DNA of 64,000 nucleotides from an uncultured Alphaproteobacteria bacterium (GCA_963769365.1 CAVYLU010000025.1:19970-83969); one strand, 5' to 3'; shown: positions 1-10,345, counted from the stretch's first letter. Notes: generated by a model not told the origin, from the letters alone. Made by a program: numbers and translations.

Positions 1-211
1 TTCCAACTCCCAAAAGGTATGAGCCCAGCGAAAACGGCATGGTTACCTCTGCAGTTTTGCCCAAAGGCGAACGCTCCAATCGCAGCAGAGTTTCCGCAGC
101 ATGCGCTTTCCGGATCGATTCTAACGGCCGTTTGAACGGCGCCCCTCCGCGCCTAGGGAACCTCTGTTTCCGCGATGTGTTGGCCTCGCGTTACGAGGAA
201 GGAGGAAACGG

Positions 212-538
212 ATGATGAGATTGAAACTTATGAGCGCGGCAGCGATTCTTTCGGGCCTGGTTGCAACTTCTGCAATCGCTCAGGAGGCGACCCAGGAGCC
301 CGGCGCGCTAGGTCAGGCGCATCCATTTGTCGATTACCTTACCGGTGGCTATGGCGCGCGCGGCACTTCGCGCGGGCAGTATGGCAGCTATGACGGCGAC
401 TACGGTCCCGGCTATGTAGCCGTTGTCCCCGGCGCAGCGATCGTGACCGCACCTGAAACCTATGCCTACTACAGCGGCGGCTGTGAGCCGAGCACCTGGT
501 ATGTGGGCGAGGACGGGTTGCGGCACTTCTGCCGGTAA
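212..538 (+). CDS. small secreted Gly/Tyr-rich protein (hypothetical)
   Basis: ATG at 212 is preceded by GGAGGA. Signal-peptide-like N-terminus MMRLKLMSAAAILSGLVATSAIAQ. No family recognised. Confidence 0.55.
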   Translation: MMRLKLMSAAAILSGLVATSAIAQEATQEPGALGQAHPFVDYLTGGYGARGTSRGQYGSYDGDYGPGYVAVVPGAAIVTAPETYAYYSGGCEPSTWYVGEDGLRHFCR

Positions 539-857
539 CGCGGCCCCGCCGGTGGGCGAAAGCGAATGCGGGCAATGCAGGGCCCGCCTCATCGCTCGAT
601 CATGCCGGTTCGACAAATCTTCTTTTGTGGGAGCATGACGCCGTAGAGCGGCGCCAAGCCCGCCACCCGCTTAAAGGAGCAAATGAATCGGCCTGAAAAT
701 GTTTCGCCGGGCGTTAGAAGTGTTGGTGCTGGCTTGAGCCCCCCGGTGAAACTGGCTTTGAGTTCCGACCGGGAGTTTCATACTTGCCGACGACAAGCGC
801 CATTTTCTGGTGGAACGGCGCCGCGATTGAGGCGTTTCCCACTCAGAGGAGATGGAC

Positions 858-1142
858 ATGAGAAAACTGTCACTGACATTACTCGCCGGCGCCGGGGCCC
901 TCATAGCCTCGAGCGCATATGCGGCTGACGAGATTCCACTCGGAGACAGCCCGCCCCTGCTCCACCAGGTAGGGGTAGTCTGTAGGGGCGACGGCCAATG
1001 CTGGCTTGCACGGGACGGTCGTCGCGCAACCATTACGGACGGGTACTATGTGTCCCCGCGATATTATGACGACAATGATCGCGGCTACTATTGGCGGCCG
1101 GGTGATGGACCGGGATTTCGCTTCGGCATCAGTCCAGACTAG
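858..1142 (+). CDS. small secreted protein (hypothetical)
   Basis: ORF 852..1142. The second ATG (858) has better spacing to AGGAG. Signal peptide MRKLSLTLLAGAGALIASSAYA; mature part is Tyr/Asp/Gly-rich. Confidence 0.5.
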   Translation: MRKLSLTLLAGAGALIASSAYAADEIPLGDSPPLLHQVGVVCRGDGQCWLARDGRRATITDGYYVSPRYYDDNDRGYYWRPGDGPGFRFGISPD

Positions 1143-1542
1143 TTGACGCCTGCTGAGCCGCGCTTTCCGGCCGGCGCGACGGCCTCCAGCGGACTGGCTG
1201 AAGAAAATCCAATCACGATCAATGCCCACCGAGCGGTTCTATTCTGTATTCCGTCCGGTGGGCAGTTGTGGAGTGGACGCAATTGCCGCGGTGCGGCAGA
1301 GCGGCGGCGCTCGCCGGCCAATTGAATTTGCGCGACGAACAGAAAATGTTGCATCTAAGTCTTAAGGAAGGGAAACGGGTCGACGGCCAGCTCACCGAGC
1401 TCGCCAACCGGCAGGTAAATGCGAACGCGCTAGCCGCCTGAAAAGCGTCTGCTCCCCGTCCGGAAAGAGCGGGAAATCCCCTTTCGACATCTCAAATGCA
1501 AAATATGCAAATCCCGGCGATTCCTGATAGCACTGCGCAGCC

Positions 1543-2277
1543 ATGAATCAGGATATGGACCAGGATTCTTCGCAAAGCCCGCCCGCCATCCGGGCTGCCG
1601 CATTTTCCGTGCATGTCTTCACGGCGCTCGGCGCGGGCGTCGCCCTGATCGCCATGCTCGAGGCCGTGCGCGAGCACTGGGCCGCCATGTTTGCCTGGCT
1701 CGGGGTGGCGCTCATCATTGATGCGCTCGATGGCCCGATCGCGCGTCGGCTCGATGTCGTGCGCATGCAGCCGAACTGGTCGGGCGAGGTGCTCGATCTC
1801 GTGGTCGATTTCGTCACTTACGTCTTTGTGCCGGCCTATGCGATCACCGCCAGCGGCTTGCTGCTGCCGTTGGCGGCTCCGCTGCTCGGCATCGGCATCG
1901 CCGTGTCGGGCGCGCTGTATTTCGCCGACCGCCGAATGAAAACAGCGGATAATCATTTTCGTGGCTTTCCGGGCTTGTGGAATGTCGCGGCGTTCTACCT
2001 GTTTCTGATTCATCCGGCTCCGGCGCTTGGAAGCCTCGGGACGCTCATCTTGATAGCGCTGACGTTTGTTCCCTTTCGCTTCGTGCATCCGATCCGCGTG
2101 ACGCGCCTGCGCCGGCTCACCTTGACGCTGGTCGCGCTCTGGGGAGCGTTGGCGATCGATGTGCTGGTGAATGATTTCGACGTCGGCTTGCCCGTCACCG
2201 TCACGCTGTGCGCGATCGCCCTTTATGTCGTGGGCAGCGACGCCGCGATCCGACTGTTGAGGTCACTTAAGGCATGA
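1543..2277 (+). CDS. pcs: phosphatidylcholine synthase (CDP-alcohol phosphatidyltransferase family)
   Basis: Motif DALDGPIARRLDV...GEVLDLVVDFVTY (DGxxAR..G..D..D). Overall similarity to rhizobial Pcs (AFSVH.FTA., NWSG, FPGLWN, VHPIRV); multi-TM. Confidence 0.85.
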   Translation: MNQDMDQDSSQSPPAIRAAAFSVHVFTALGAGVALIAMLEAVREHWAAMFAWLGVALIIDALDGPIARRLDVVRMQPNWSGEVLDLVVDFVTYVFVPAYAITASGLLLPLAAPLLGIGIAVSGALYFADRRMKTADNHFRGFPGLWNVAAFYLFLIHPAPALGSLGTLILIALTFVPFRFVHPIRVTRLRRLTLTLVALWGALAIDVLVNDFDVGLPVTVTLCAIALYVVGSDAAIRLLRSLKA

Positions 2278-2999
2278 TCGAATTGTTGTTTAGCGCGGAG
2301 GCATGGGCGGCGCTGTTGACCCTGACGGCGCTGGAAATCGTGCTCGGCATCGATAACGTCATTTTCCTCTCGGTCATTGTCTCGCGCATCCCGGAAGCAC
2401 AGGCCAGACGCGCCCGGCAGATTGGGCTGGCGCTGGCGCTGATCTTCCGCATCCTGCTGCTCAGCCTCCTGGTATGGCTGATCGGTCTGACCCAGGCCGT
2501 GCTGACCCTAAAGGGCATGGACTTCTCGTGGCGCGACATCATCCTGATCGGCGGCGGGCTGTTCTTGATCGCGAAGGCGACCCACGAAATTCACGGCGAA
2601 ATGGAGGCGCGCGAGGAAGCGGGCGATCGCGCATCAGGACGGAGCGCCTTCTTCTGGGTGATCGTGCAGATCATCATCATCGACATGGTATTCTCGCTCA
2701 ACTCCATCATCACCGCGATCGGCATGGCGCAGGATCTTGCGATCATGATCGCGGCCGTCGTGATCGCCTGCCTCATCATGTACGTGTCGTCGGGCCCGGT
2801 TGCGAAATTCGTCGTGGAGCACCCGACCACAAAAATGCTGGCGCTGGCGTTTCTGGTGCTGATCGGCGTGGCGCTGGTCGCCGACGGATTCCAGTTTCAC
2901 ATTCCGCGCGGCTACATCTACTTCGCGATCGCGTTCTCGGCGGCTGTCGAGTTCTTCAACGTGCTTGCCAAACGCAATCGCAAAAAGGCTCCGAATTAA
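2274..2999 (+). CDS. TerC family integral membrane protein
   Basis: N-terminus LLTLTALEIVLGIDNVIFLSVIV is typical of TerC/YoaE. Start overlaps the pcs stop (ATGA). Confidence 0.85.
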   Translation: MIELLFSAEAWAALLTLTALEIVLGIDNVIFLSVIVSRIPEAQARRARQIGLALALIFRILLLSLLVWLIGLTQAVLTLKGMDFSWRDIILIGGGLFLIAKATHEIHGEMEAREEAGDRASGRSAFFWVIVQIIIIDMVFSLNSIITAIGMAQDLAIMIAAVVIACLIMYVSSGPVAKFVVEHPTTKMLALAFLVLIGVALVADGFQFHIPRGYIYFAIAFSAAVEFFNVLAKRNRKKAPN

Positions 3000-3083
3000 A
3001 CCCGCCTATGGTCAGCCGAGTTGACAAGGCGGCCTCAATCGCTTTCGCTTGGTCTCAGCGGGAATCCGGAGGGAGAAGTCGAT

Positions 3084-4058
3084 ATGACCAAGGCCGTGCG
3101 CGTGCACAAGGTGGGAGGTCCGGAGGCCCTGGTTTACGAGGCGATAGACCTGCCGGCGCCGGGACCGGGCGAGATTCGCATCCGCCAGCACGCCGTCGGC
3201 CTGAATTTCATCGACGTCTATTACCGCACCGGCCTCTACAAGGCGCCGGGACTGCCGTTCATCGCCGGCAACGAAGCGTCCGGCGAGGTCGTCGCCGTCG
3301 GGCCCGGCGTCACCAATTTTCACCCGGGCGATCGCGTCGCCTATTATTTCAATCTCGGCGGCTATGCCACCGAGCGCAACATCCCTGCGGACAAGCTGGT
3401 CAAGCTGCCCGACCACATCACCTACGAGCAGGGCGCGGTCTTGATGCTCAAGGGGCTGACGGTCTGGTATCTCCTGCACAAGACATTCAAAGTCGAGCCG
3501 CACCATCGGGTGCTGATCCATGCCGCCGCCGGTGGCATCGGCTTACTGGCGTGCCAGTGGGCGAGGGCGCTCGGCGCCCATGTGATCGGCACTGTCGGCT
3601 CCAAGGCGAAGGTCGATCTCGCGCTCGCCAATGGTTGCGATCACGTCATCCTCTATGACGAGGAAGATTTTGTCGCGCGTGTCAAGCAGATCAGCCGCAA
3701 CGAACTGTGCGACGTCGTCTATGACGGCGTCGGCAAGTCGACGTTTCCGGGCTCGCTGTCTTGCCTCAGGCCGCGCGGCATGTTCGTCTCTTTCGGCAAC
3801 GCCTCAGGCCCGGTGCCGCCGTTTGCTATCGCCGAACTCAACAACCACGGCTCGCTGTTTGCGACCCGTCCGAAACTCAACGACTATATCGGCAAGCGCT
3901 CCGAACTTCTGGAAGGCGCTGACACATTATTTGCCGCCGTCATCAACGGCAAACTGCACGTGCCGATCAACCACGCCTATGCGCTGAAGGACGCGGCAAG
4001 GGCCCATATCGACCTCGAAAGCCGCAATACCACGGGCGCTTCGATCCTCAAGCCGTAG
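3084..4058 (+). CDS. qor: NADPH:quinone oxidoreductase (zeta-crystallin type MDR)
   Basis: Internal ATG at 3084 follows GGAGGG. MTKAVRVHKVGGPEALVYE...; NAD(P)-binding AAAGGIGLLACQWA. Confidence 0.85.
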   Translation: MTKAVRVHKVGGPEALVYEAIDLPAPGPGEIRIRQHAVGLNFIDVYYRTGLYKAPGLPFIAGNEASGEVVAVGPGVTNFHPGDRVAYYFNLGGYATERNIPADKLVKLPDHITYEQGAVLMLKGLTVWYLLHKTFKVEPHHRVLIHAAAGGIGLLACQWARALGAHVIGTVGSKAKVDLALANGCDHVILYDEEDFVARVKQISRNELCDVVYDGVGKSTFPGSLSCLRPRGMFVSFGNASGPVPPFAIAELNNHGSLFATRPKLNDYIGKRSELLEGADTLFAAVINGKLHVPINHAYALKDAARAHIDLESRNTTGASILKP

Positions 4059-4083
4059 GGGTTACCGCCGGCGGCGCGCCTCC

Positions 4084-4230
4084 TCGTCATTGCGAGGAGC
4101 GAAGCGACGACCCGCCGTCGCTCGCTATGCGAGCTATGGCGGGCTTGGAGTCCGCCGAAGCGCCCTTGTGCGTGGGCGGAAGCAATCCAGTATGCCGCAC
4201 GATGGATTGCTTCGCTGCGCTCGCAATGAC
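4084..4230. repeat. REP-like nested inverted-repeat element (intergenic)
   Basis: Outer arms are cgtcattgcgaggagcgaagcgacga (4084-4109) and atggattgcttcgctgcgctcgcaatgacg (4201-4230). Inner arms are gaagcaatcca (4178-4188) and tggattgcttc (4202-4212). The motif type is common in Bradyrhizobiaceae intergenic DNA. Confidence 0.6.
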
Positions 4231-4241
4231 GACTTTGGTAG

Positions 4242-5438
4242 CTACGCCACGCGCCGGGCGGCGCCCGCTTTGGTCAGGATCGCATCAAGGCGCTCGATCA
4301 TCAGAAGGATCTCTTCCCGTGTGACGTTGAGCGCCGGCATGAATCGCAGCGCCTCGGGCTGCGGCGCGTTCAGCAGCACGCCCGCCTCGAACGCTTCCGC
4401 AGCAATCGAAGCGCTGATCGGCAATTTCAGATCGAGCGCCAGCAATAGTCCGCGGCCCCTGACATCGCCGAGGCCATGCCGCGCGGACAGCTTTTGCAGC
4501 TCACTCTCCAGAAACAAACCGGCATCGACGGCCGCTTTCAGGAATTCGCGTTGGCTGACCTGTTCGAGCACCGCAAGTCCGGCCGCGCACATCAGCGGAT
4601 TGCCGTTGAACGTGCCTCCCTGGTCGCCATGCTCGAAACACGAGGCTTTTTTGGTTGCAAGCAACGCTGCGAGCGGCACGCCGCCGCCGATGCCTTTTCC
4701 GAGCGTCATGATGTCGGGCTCTATTTCCGCATGCTGGTAGTGGAATAGCTTTCCGGTGCGGCCCATGCCGGTCTGGATCTCGTCGAAGATCAAAAGCAGG
4801 CCATGGGCTTCGGTCAGCGCCCGCAACTCCTTCAGGAATTGATCGGTGGCGGCCCAGACGCCGGCTTCGCCCTGGATCGGCTCGAGCATCACCGCAACGG
4901 TCTTCTCCGAGATCAGCCGCTTGACGGACGCGAGATCGTTCAGCTTTGCCTTTGGAAAGCCCGGTACCTTCGGCTCGAACAGCGGCTCGAACGCCTTCTT
5001 GCCCGAGGCCGACATGGTCGCAAGCGTGCGGCCGTGGAAACCGCCCTCGAAGGTGATGATCTCGTAGGCGCTGCCCTTATGCAGCGCGCCGTATTTGCGG
5101 GCGAGTTTGATGGCGCCTTCATTGGCCTCGCCGCCGGAATTGGCGAAGAACACCTGGTCGAAGCAACTCTTGTCGACCAGCGCCTTGGCGAGCTTCAGGC
5201 TGACCGCGTTGTAGTAAGCGGGGCTTGGCGTAATCAACAGTTTGGCTTGCGCGGCAAGCGCCTCGGCGATCGCGGGCGGCGAATGGCCGAGGCAGTTCAC
5301 CGCCCAGCCCTGGATGAAATCGAGATAGCGCTTGCCGGTATCGTCCCACAGCCATGAACCTTCGCCTTTCACGAAAACGGCGGGCGGGCGCGCGGTGATC
5401 TCCATCAGCGCGTCGAACGGATGGGCGGCGTTGGTCAT
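4242..5438 (-). CDS. class-III PLP aminotransferase (acetylornithine aminotransferase-like)
   Basis: 398 aa. Motifs [42 protein letters not shown] and the PLP-lysine context [12 protein letters not shown]. Confidence 0.85.
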   Translation of the reverse strand: MTNAAHPFDALMEITARPPAVFVKGEGSWLWDDTGKRYLDFIQGWAVNCLGHSPPAIAEALAAQAKLLITPSPAYYNAVSLKLAKALVDKSCFDQVFFANSGGEANEGAIKLARKYGALHKGSAYEIITFEGGFHGRTLATMSASGKKAFEPLFEPKVPGFPKAKLNDLASVKRLISEKTVAVMLEPIQGEAGVWAATDQFLKELRALTEAHGLLLIFDEIQTGMGRTGKLFHYQHAEIEPDIMTLGKGIGGGVPLAALLATKKASCFEHGDQGGTFNGNPLMCAAGLAVLEQVSQREFLKAAVDAGLFLESELQKLSARHGLGDVRGRGLLLALDLKLPISASIAAEAFEAGVLLNAPQPEALRFMPALNVTREEILLMIERLDAILTKAGAARRVA

Positions 5439-5485
5439 GTCGTGCTCCTTGAGGCGTTGGGTTGATAAGGACGGCCGAAACGCAA

Positions 5486-5516
5486 GAAGGCCGCACTTTT
5501 TTCGGGTGCGGCCTTC
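5486..5516 (-). terminator. GC-rich hairpin, putative terminator after the 67-aa gene
   Basis: gaaggccgcac / gtgcggccttc gives an 11-bp perfect stem with a 9-nt T-rich loop. On the minus strand it is followed by ttgcgtttcgg. Confidence 0.45.
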
Positions 5517-5697
5517 TCGAAAACGTGGCTGATTTTCTTAAGTGTTCAGCGGTGTCGTCGGACATGGCGCAACCCGTCATCGTCGCGGGTGCGACGACGG
5601 AAGATGGCGCGGCGGTTGGTCCGATTCAGGATCATGGCGGACGCCCATACAGCCGAACGGCGGGCGTTGTCAAGCAGATCAAGAGTCGGACAGCGTC

Positions 5698-5901
5698 CTA
5701 ATTTGACGTCGGCTCATACCACACCGTTACAACGATGCAGGGATGCGTCCCCTCATTCGGCCTCTCAGCTACCGCCGTGACCACTGTTTCCGTTTTGATG
5801 ATGGTCGCCGAACCGAGACCGTTCAGCCACGCATTAATTTGCTCTTCGATCACGCGCGCCGTCGCGTCCATAAAGATTTTGACCTTCAGCGGTTTTGGCA
5901 T
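5698..5901 (-). CDS. small conserved hypothetical protein (67 aa)
   Basis: Clean ORF between rimO and the hairpin at 5486. Composition looks coding; no family recognised. Confidence 0.5.
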   Translation of the reverse strand: MPKPLKVKIFMDATARVIEEQINAWLNGLGSATIIKTETVVTAVAERPNEGTHPCIVVTVWYEPTSN

Positions 5902-5972
5902 TTTGCTGCTCGCTCGCTCTGACAGGCTTCTGCCAAAGCCTGTCGGTTACAGTCTCAAACGAACTGGGCCAC

Positions 5973-7298
5973 CTAAAACCCCGCGACGCCGCCGTGCAGG
6001 TCGTATTCGTCTGCGCGCTCGATCTTCGCGGTGACGATCTCGCCGATCCTCAGCGGACGGCGGCTGGAGAGGTAGACCGCGCCGTCGATCTCGGGCGCGT
6101 CCGCTTTCGAGCGGCCCTTTGCCACCGTCGGGCCGACCTCGTCGATGATCACCTGCTGCCGTGTGCCCACTTTACGCTTGAGCCGGCGCGCCGAAATTTT
6201 CTGCTGCCGCGCCATCAGCGCGTTCCAGCGTTCCTGCTTGACGTCATCGGGCACGGCGCCGGCAAGTGCGTTCGACGCCGCGCCCTTAACCGGCTCATAT
6301 TTAAAGCAGCCGACGCGGTCGATCTCGGCTTCCTCGAGCCAGTCCAGGAGATAGGCAAAATCGGAATCGGTCTCACCGGGAAAGCCGACGATGAACGTCG
6401 AACGCAAGGTGAGATCGGGGCATTGCTCGCGCCACGCCTTGATCCGCGCCAGCGTCTTGTCCTGTGCCGCCGGACGTTTCATCATTTTAAGGATTTCCGG
6501 ACTCGCATGCTGAAAGGGGATATCGAGATAAGGCAAAACCTTGGCCTCGATCATCAAGCCGATGATTTCATCGACATGCGGGTAGGGGTAGACATATTGC
6601 AGCCGAACCCAGGCGCCGAGCTCGCCGAGCTCCTTGGCGAGATCAAAGAATTTCGCCCGGACCTCGCGATCCTTCCACGGACTTTCGGCATATTTCAGAT
6701 CGACGCCATAGGCCGAGGTGTCCTGCGAGATCACCAGCAATTCCCTGACGCCGGCATCGACCAGCCGCTCCGCCTCGCGCAGCACGTCGCCGGCCGGGCG
6801 CGACACCAGATCGCCGCGCAGTTTTGGAATGATGCAAAAGGTGCAACGGTTATTGCAGCCTTCGGAAATCTTCAAATACGCGTAATGCCGCGGCGTCAGC
6901 TTGATCCCCTGCGGCGGCACCAGATCGAGATGCGGATCATGAGCGGGGGGCAGCGCGCGATGCACGGCATCGAGCACGCTCTCATATTGCTGCGGCCCGG
7001 TGATCGACAATACGCCCGGATAGGCCTGCTCGATCTGTTCGGGTTCCGCGCCCATGCAACCGGTAACGATAACCTTGCCGTTTTCCGCCATGGCTTGCCC
7101 GATGGCGCCGAGCGACTCCGCTTTGGCGCTGTCGAGGAAGCCGCAGGTGTTGACGATGACGAGGTCGGCGCCGTCGTGCTTGCGTGCAAGCTCATAGCCT
7201 TCCGCGCGCAGCCGCGTGATGATGCGCTCGGAATCCACTAGCGCCTTGGGGCACCCGAGCGAAACAAAGCTGACTTTGGGCGCGGCGGCCTGCTGCAT
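5973..7298 (-). CDS. rimO: ribosomal protein S12 methylthiotransferase
   Basis: MTTase N-domain [16 protein letters not shown], radical-SAM motif [11 protein letters not shown], and a C-terminal TRAM-like region. ATG at 7298 is preferred over the upstream GTG at 7325. Confidence 0.9.
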   Translation of the reverse strand: MQQAAAPKVSFVSLGCPKALVDSERIITRLRAEGYELARKHDGADLVIVNTCGFLDSAKAESLGAIGQAMAENGKVIVTGCMGAEPEQIEQAYPGVLSITGPQQYESVLDAVHRALPPAHDPHLDLVPPQGIKLTPRHYAYLKISEGCNNRCTFCIIPKLRGDLVSRPAGDVLREAERLVDAGVRELLVISQDTSAYGVDLKYAESPWKDREVRAKFFDLAKELGELGAWVRLQYVYPYPHVDEIIGLMIEAKVLPYLDIPFQHASPEILKMMKRPAAQDKTLARIKAWREQCPDLTLRSTFIVGFPGETDSDFAYLLDWLEEAEIDRVGCFKYEPVKGAASNALAGAVPDDVKQERWNALMARQQKISARRLKRKVGTRQQVIIDEVGPTVAKGRSKADAPEIDGAVYLSSRRPLRIGEIVTAKIERADEYDLHGGVAGF

Positions 7299-7411
7299 AT
7301 TTTCATCTGCCTGATTAATCCGCACGAGCTAGTCCCAATTGCTCATAATTACAAGGCTTTGAGCTAGCCCGTGACGTGCTATGGATGCGGTTGCCGGGTT
7401 GTGAGTGATCG

Positions 7412-8002
7412 ATGAGCGCCGAACCGTCGCCCAAAATCGTGATTGTCGACGAGAGCCCGATCCGCGCCGCCATCCTCGAGGAGGGGTTGCGCGAGGCGGG
7501 CTATACCGGTGTCGTCCACATCAGCGAGATGCAGAGCCTCTTGACGCGGATCTACGCGCTCGATCCCGACATCATCCTGATCGACCTGGAAAACCCCAGC
7601 CGCGACGTGCTGGAACAGATGTTCCAGGTCAGCCGGGCGGTGCGGCGGCCGATCGCGATGTTCGTCGATCAGAGCGATGCGGCCTCGATCCAGGCCTCCG
7701 TCGACGCCGGCGTCTCCGCCTACATCGTCGATGGATTGAAGAAGGAACGGATCAAGCCGATCCTCGATCTCTGCGTTTCCCGCTTCAACGCCTTTGCGAA
7801 ACTGCAGGACGAACTCGATCGCACCAAATCCGCGCTTGAGGACCGCAAGGTGATCGATCGCGCCAAGGGCATTTTGATGAAATTGAAGGGCCTCACCGAA
7901 GATGAGGCCTATGTGCTGCTGCGCTCCACCGCCATGCGAGAGAAAAAGAAGATCAGCGAGATCGCGCAATCGATCATCACCGCGTCGGAGATGCTGAAAT
8001 GA
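7412..8002 (+). CDS. nasT: ANTAR-domain response-regulator-like antiterminator
   Basis: REC-like N-domain (IVIVDESPIRAAIL..) plus a C-terminal ANTAR domain (LEDRKVIDRAKGILMK..GLTEDEAYVLLRSTAMREKKKISEIA). Confidence 0.85.
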   Translation: MSAEPSPKIVIVDESPIRAAILEEGLREAGYTGVVHISEMQSLLTRIYALDPDIILIDLENPSRDVLEQMFQVSRAVRRPIAMFVDQSDAASIQASVDAGVSAYIVDGLKKERIKPILDLCVSRFNAFAKLQDELDRTKSALEDRKVIDRAKGILMKLKGLTEDEAYVLLRSTAMREKKKISEIAQSIITASEMLK

Positions 8003-9168
8003 GCGCGCCGATCTGCATAGGCTTCATTCCGCTGGTCGATGCTTCCGCGCTCATTATTGCCGTCGACAAGGGATTTACCGCCGCCGAAGGGCTCGATGTG
8101 ACATTGGTGCGGGAAGTCTCCTGGTCCAACGTCCGCGACAAGCTCAACATCGGCCTGTTCGATGCCGCGCATCTGTTGGCGCCGGTTGCCATCGCCTCAA
8201 GCTTGGGGCTCGGCCATGTCAAGGTGCCGATCGTTGCGCCCTTCAATCTCGGCATCAATGGCAATGCCATCACGGTGTCGCCGGCGCTGCATTCGGCGAT
8301 CGCGGCAGAGCTTGAAGGCGACCGTTACGATCCGATGGCAACGGCGCTTGCGCTTTCGCGCGTCGTTGCAAAACGGCGCAAAAGTGATGCCGAGCCGCTC
8401 ACCTTCGGCATGACCTTTCCGTTCTCGACGCATAATTACCAGTTGCGGTTCTGGATGGCCGCAGGCGGCGTCGATCCGGACGAGGACGTGCGCCTGGTGG
8501 TGCTGCCGCCGCCCTACATGGTCGACAGCCTCGCCAACGGACAGGTCGATGCGTTCTGCGTCGGCGCGCCCTGGAATTCGATCGCGGTCGATCGCGGCGT
8601 CGGCCACATCCTGCATTTCGTCTCTGACATCCTGGTGTGCGCGGCGGAGAAGGTGCTCGCGATCCGGCAGAGCTGGTCGGAGAAAAATCCCGAGATCGTA
8701 GCTAGCCTGATCCGCGCCGCGGTTCGCGCCGCTGACTTCATCGAACAGCCGCAAAACCGCACCGAGGTGGCGCGAATGCTGGCGCACCCGGAGCGGATCG
8801 GGGTCGATGCGGAAGTGATCTTGCGCACCCTCGACGGCCGCCTGAAGATTTCACCTGACGGGACGATCCGCGAGAGCGGCCGCTATCTGCTGGTCGGAAG
8901 GGAAGGGGCCTCGCGGCCCGATCCCGTTCAGGCCGCCTGGCTCTATGCGCAGATGGTCCGCTGGGGCCAGACCTCGGTCAGTCCGGAGGCGCTCAAGACG
9001 GCAAGAGCGGTGTTCCGGCCGGATCTCTACGACGCGGCGCTTGGCATGGGCGGAGTTGCCGAGCGTGGCGCGTCCGGTTCGATCGGCGCCTTCGCAGGCC
9101 CCGCGTTCAACCCGGACGATGTCGCGGGATATCTGGCTTCATTTACGGTGCAGCGACGGCCGCGTTAG
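7999..9168 (+). CDS. nasS: nitrate/nitrite sensor protein, NrtA-like periplasmic-binding fold without signal peptide
   Basis: Start overlaps the nasT stop (ATGA). NMT1/NrtA-like sequence (IGFIPLVDASALIIA..., FCVGAPWNS). Gene order matches nasT-nasS of Paracoccus and Bradyrhizobium. Confidence 0.8.
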   Translation: MSAPICIGFIPLVDASALIIAVDKGFTAAEGLDVTLVREVSWSNVRDKLNIGLFDAAHLLAPVAIASSLGLGHVKVPIVAPFNLGINGNAITVSPALHSAIAAELEGDRYDPMATALALSRVVAKRRKSDAEPLTFGMTFPFSTHNYQLRFWMAAGGVDPDEDVRLVVLPPPYMVDSLANGQVDAFCVGAPWNSIAVDRGVGHILHFVSDILVCAAEKVLAIRQSWSEKNPEIVASLIRAAVRAADFIEQPQNRTEVARMLAHPERIGVDAEVILRTLDGRLKISPDGTIRESGRYLLVGREGASRPDPVQAAWLYAQMVRWGQTSVSPEALKTARAVFRPDLYDAALGMGGVAERGASGSIGAFAGPAFNPDDVAGYLASFTVQRRPR

Positions 9169-9325
9169 CTCGGCCAAACCGCGCCTGTCCAGATATTAGG
9201 CACCTTGATTCGAAGCTTATTCTTTGCGCTTTTTGCCTTTCAAAAAGCATGAACTCTTATCCGTTTGATGCATCGCAATATACCTATCATATTGTTTGCA
9301 AACGATTTTACAAGGATTGCTGCGC

Positions 9326-9340
9326 TGGCACATAATTTGA
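9326..9340 (+). promoter_or_regulatory. candidate sigma-54 (-24/-12) promoter
   Basis: TGGCAC-ataat-TTGA compared with consensus TGGCAC-N5-TTGC. Spacing is correct but the -12 element is GA, not GC. It lies about 160 nt upstream of the FNT/nirA operon. Confidence 0.35.
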
Positions 9341-9349
9341 ATAGGAGAT

Positions 9350-9500
9350 TGCGGGCCAGCCGCCGGTGATGACCGCTGGCCATCGTCCAAGATGGATTTC
9401 CGCAGCAACGAGGCTGATCGGATCGCTCGCAATGCCGGGTGACCGCACGTTCTTTTTTCCCTCGTTGTGACCACGCGCGCGTGGCAGCTGGAGCCTCAAG
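9350..9500 (+). promoter_or_regulatory. structured 5' leader of the FNT-nirA operon (possible NasT target)
   Basis: Hairpins ggccagc/gctggcc (9354-9381), ccatc-gtccaa-gatgg (9380-9395), caacgagg/cctcgttg (9406-9467, enclosing a T6 run) and ccacg-cgcg-cgtgg (9471-9484). SD GGAG at 9490. Confidence 0.35.
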
Positions 9501-10334
9501 ATGGATTACGCAAAACCTGCAGACGTTGTCGCCTCGATGGTCGATGCCGGCATCAAGAAGCTGGCGCTGGGACCCAAGGATCTCATGATCCGCGGTGCGC
9601 TTTCCGGTGCGCTGCTCGGTGCGGCGACGGCACTTGCCTTTACCGGAGCGGTGACCACCGGCCAGCCGATCGTCGGCGCGCTGATCTTTCCCGTCAGTCT
9701 CGTGATGATCGTGCTGCTCGGCCTCGAGCTCGTTACCGGGAGCTTTGCGCTGGTGCCGCTGGCGCGTTTCGAAGGCAAAGCGACCTGGAATGCCGTCATC
9801 GCCAACTGGTCCTGGGTTTTTGTCGCCAACCTGCTCGGCAGCATCGCGTTCGGCGCGTTGCTTGCGATCTCTCTGACCAACATGGGCAAGGCCGATGTCG
9901 CTGGCGTCGCGGCGCGTATCGTTGCCGCCGCCGAGGCCAAGACCGTTGGCAACGCCGCGCTCGGCACCGCCGGGATGGTCAGCGTGTTTGTCAAGGGCAT
10001 TCTCTGCAACTGGCTGGTGTGTCTCGGCGTCGTCATGGCGATGACGTCAACCTCGACGATCGGAAAGATCGCCGCAACCTGGCTGCCGATCTTCCTGTTC
10101 TTCGCGCTCGGCTTCGAGCATGCCGTCGTCAATATGTTCATCATCCCGACCGGCATGCTGCTCGGCGCCAAGGTCAGCGTCTGGGACTGGTGGGTGTGGA
10201 ATCAGATTCCGGTCACGCTCGGCAATCTGGTCGGCGGCTTCGTCTTCACGGGGCTAGCGCTCTACACGACCTTCAAGCCGGCAGAGCAGCCCGCCCCGGC
10301 GACGTCGGTCGTCGTCCAGGCCGCAGCGGAATAG
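9501..10334 (+). CDS. formate/nitrite transporter family channel (NirC-like)
   Basis: 277 aa, six-TM FNT pattern (GALSGALLG.., LELVTGS, FVANLLGS, GILCNWLVCLGV, FEHAVVNMF). Confidence 0.85.
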   Translation: MDYAKPADVVASMVDAGIKKLALGPKDLMIRGALSGALLGAATALAFTGAVTTGQPIVGALIFPVSLVMIVLLGLELVTGSFALVPLARFEGKATWNAVIANWSWVFVANLLGSIAFGALLAISLTNMGKADVAGVAARIVAAAEAKTVGNAALGTAGMVSVFVKGILCNWLVCLGVVMAMTSTSTIGKIAATWLPIFLFFALGFEHAVVNMFIIPTGMLLGAKVSVWDWWVWNQIPVTLGNLVGGFVFTGLALYTTFKPAEQPAPATSVVVQAAAE

Positions 10335-10345
10335 TCGTTGTCATC

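Noticed and set aside
2474-3658. 394-aa plus-strand ORF spanning TerC and qor
   Set aside because: It is an out-of-frame overlap of two well-supported genes. Extreme Arg/Gly/His composition.
5895-7241. 448-aa plus-strand ORF
   Set aside because: It is fully antisense to rimO, which has clear radical-SAM and TRAM motifs. It is Arg/Leu/Asp-rich, as is typical of shadow ORFs in high-GC DNA.
9228-9300. NtrC upstream activator sites
   Set aside because: Palindromes are present, but neither matches TGCACC-N5-GGTGCA. They are reported only as palindromes in the leader finding.
9467-10345. N-terminal 293 codons of the long ORF 9467..12136
   Set aside because: It overlaps the FNT channel gene in another frame and is Arg-rich junk. 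NirA similarity starts at the ATG at 10346.
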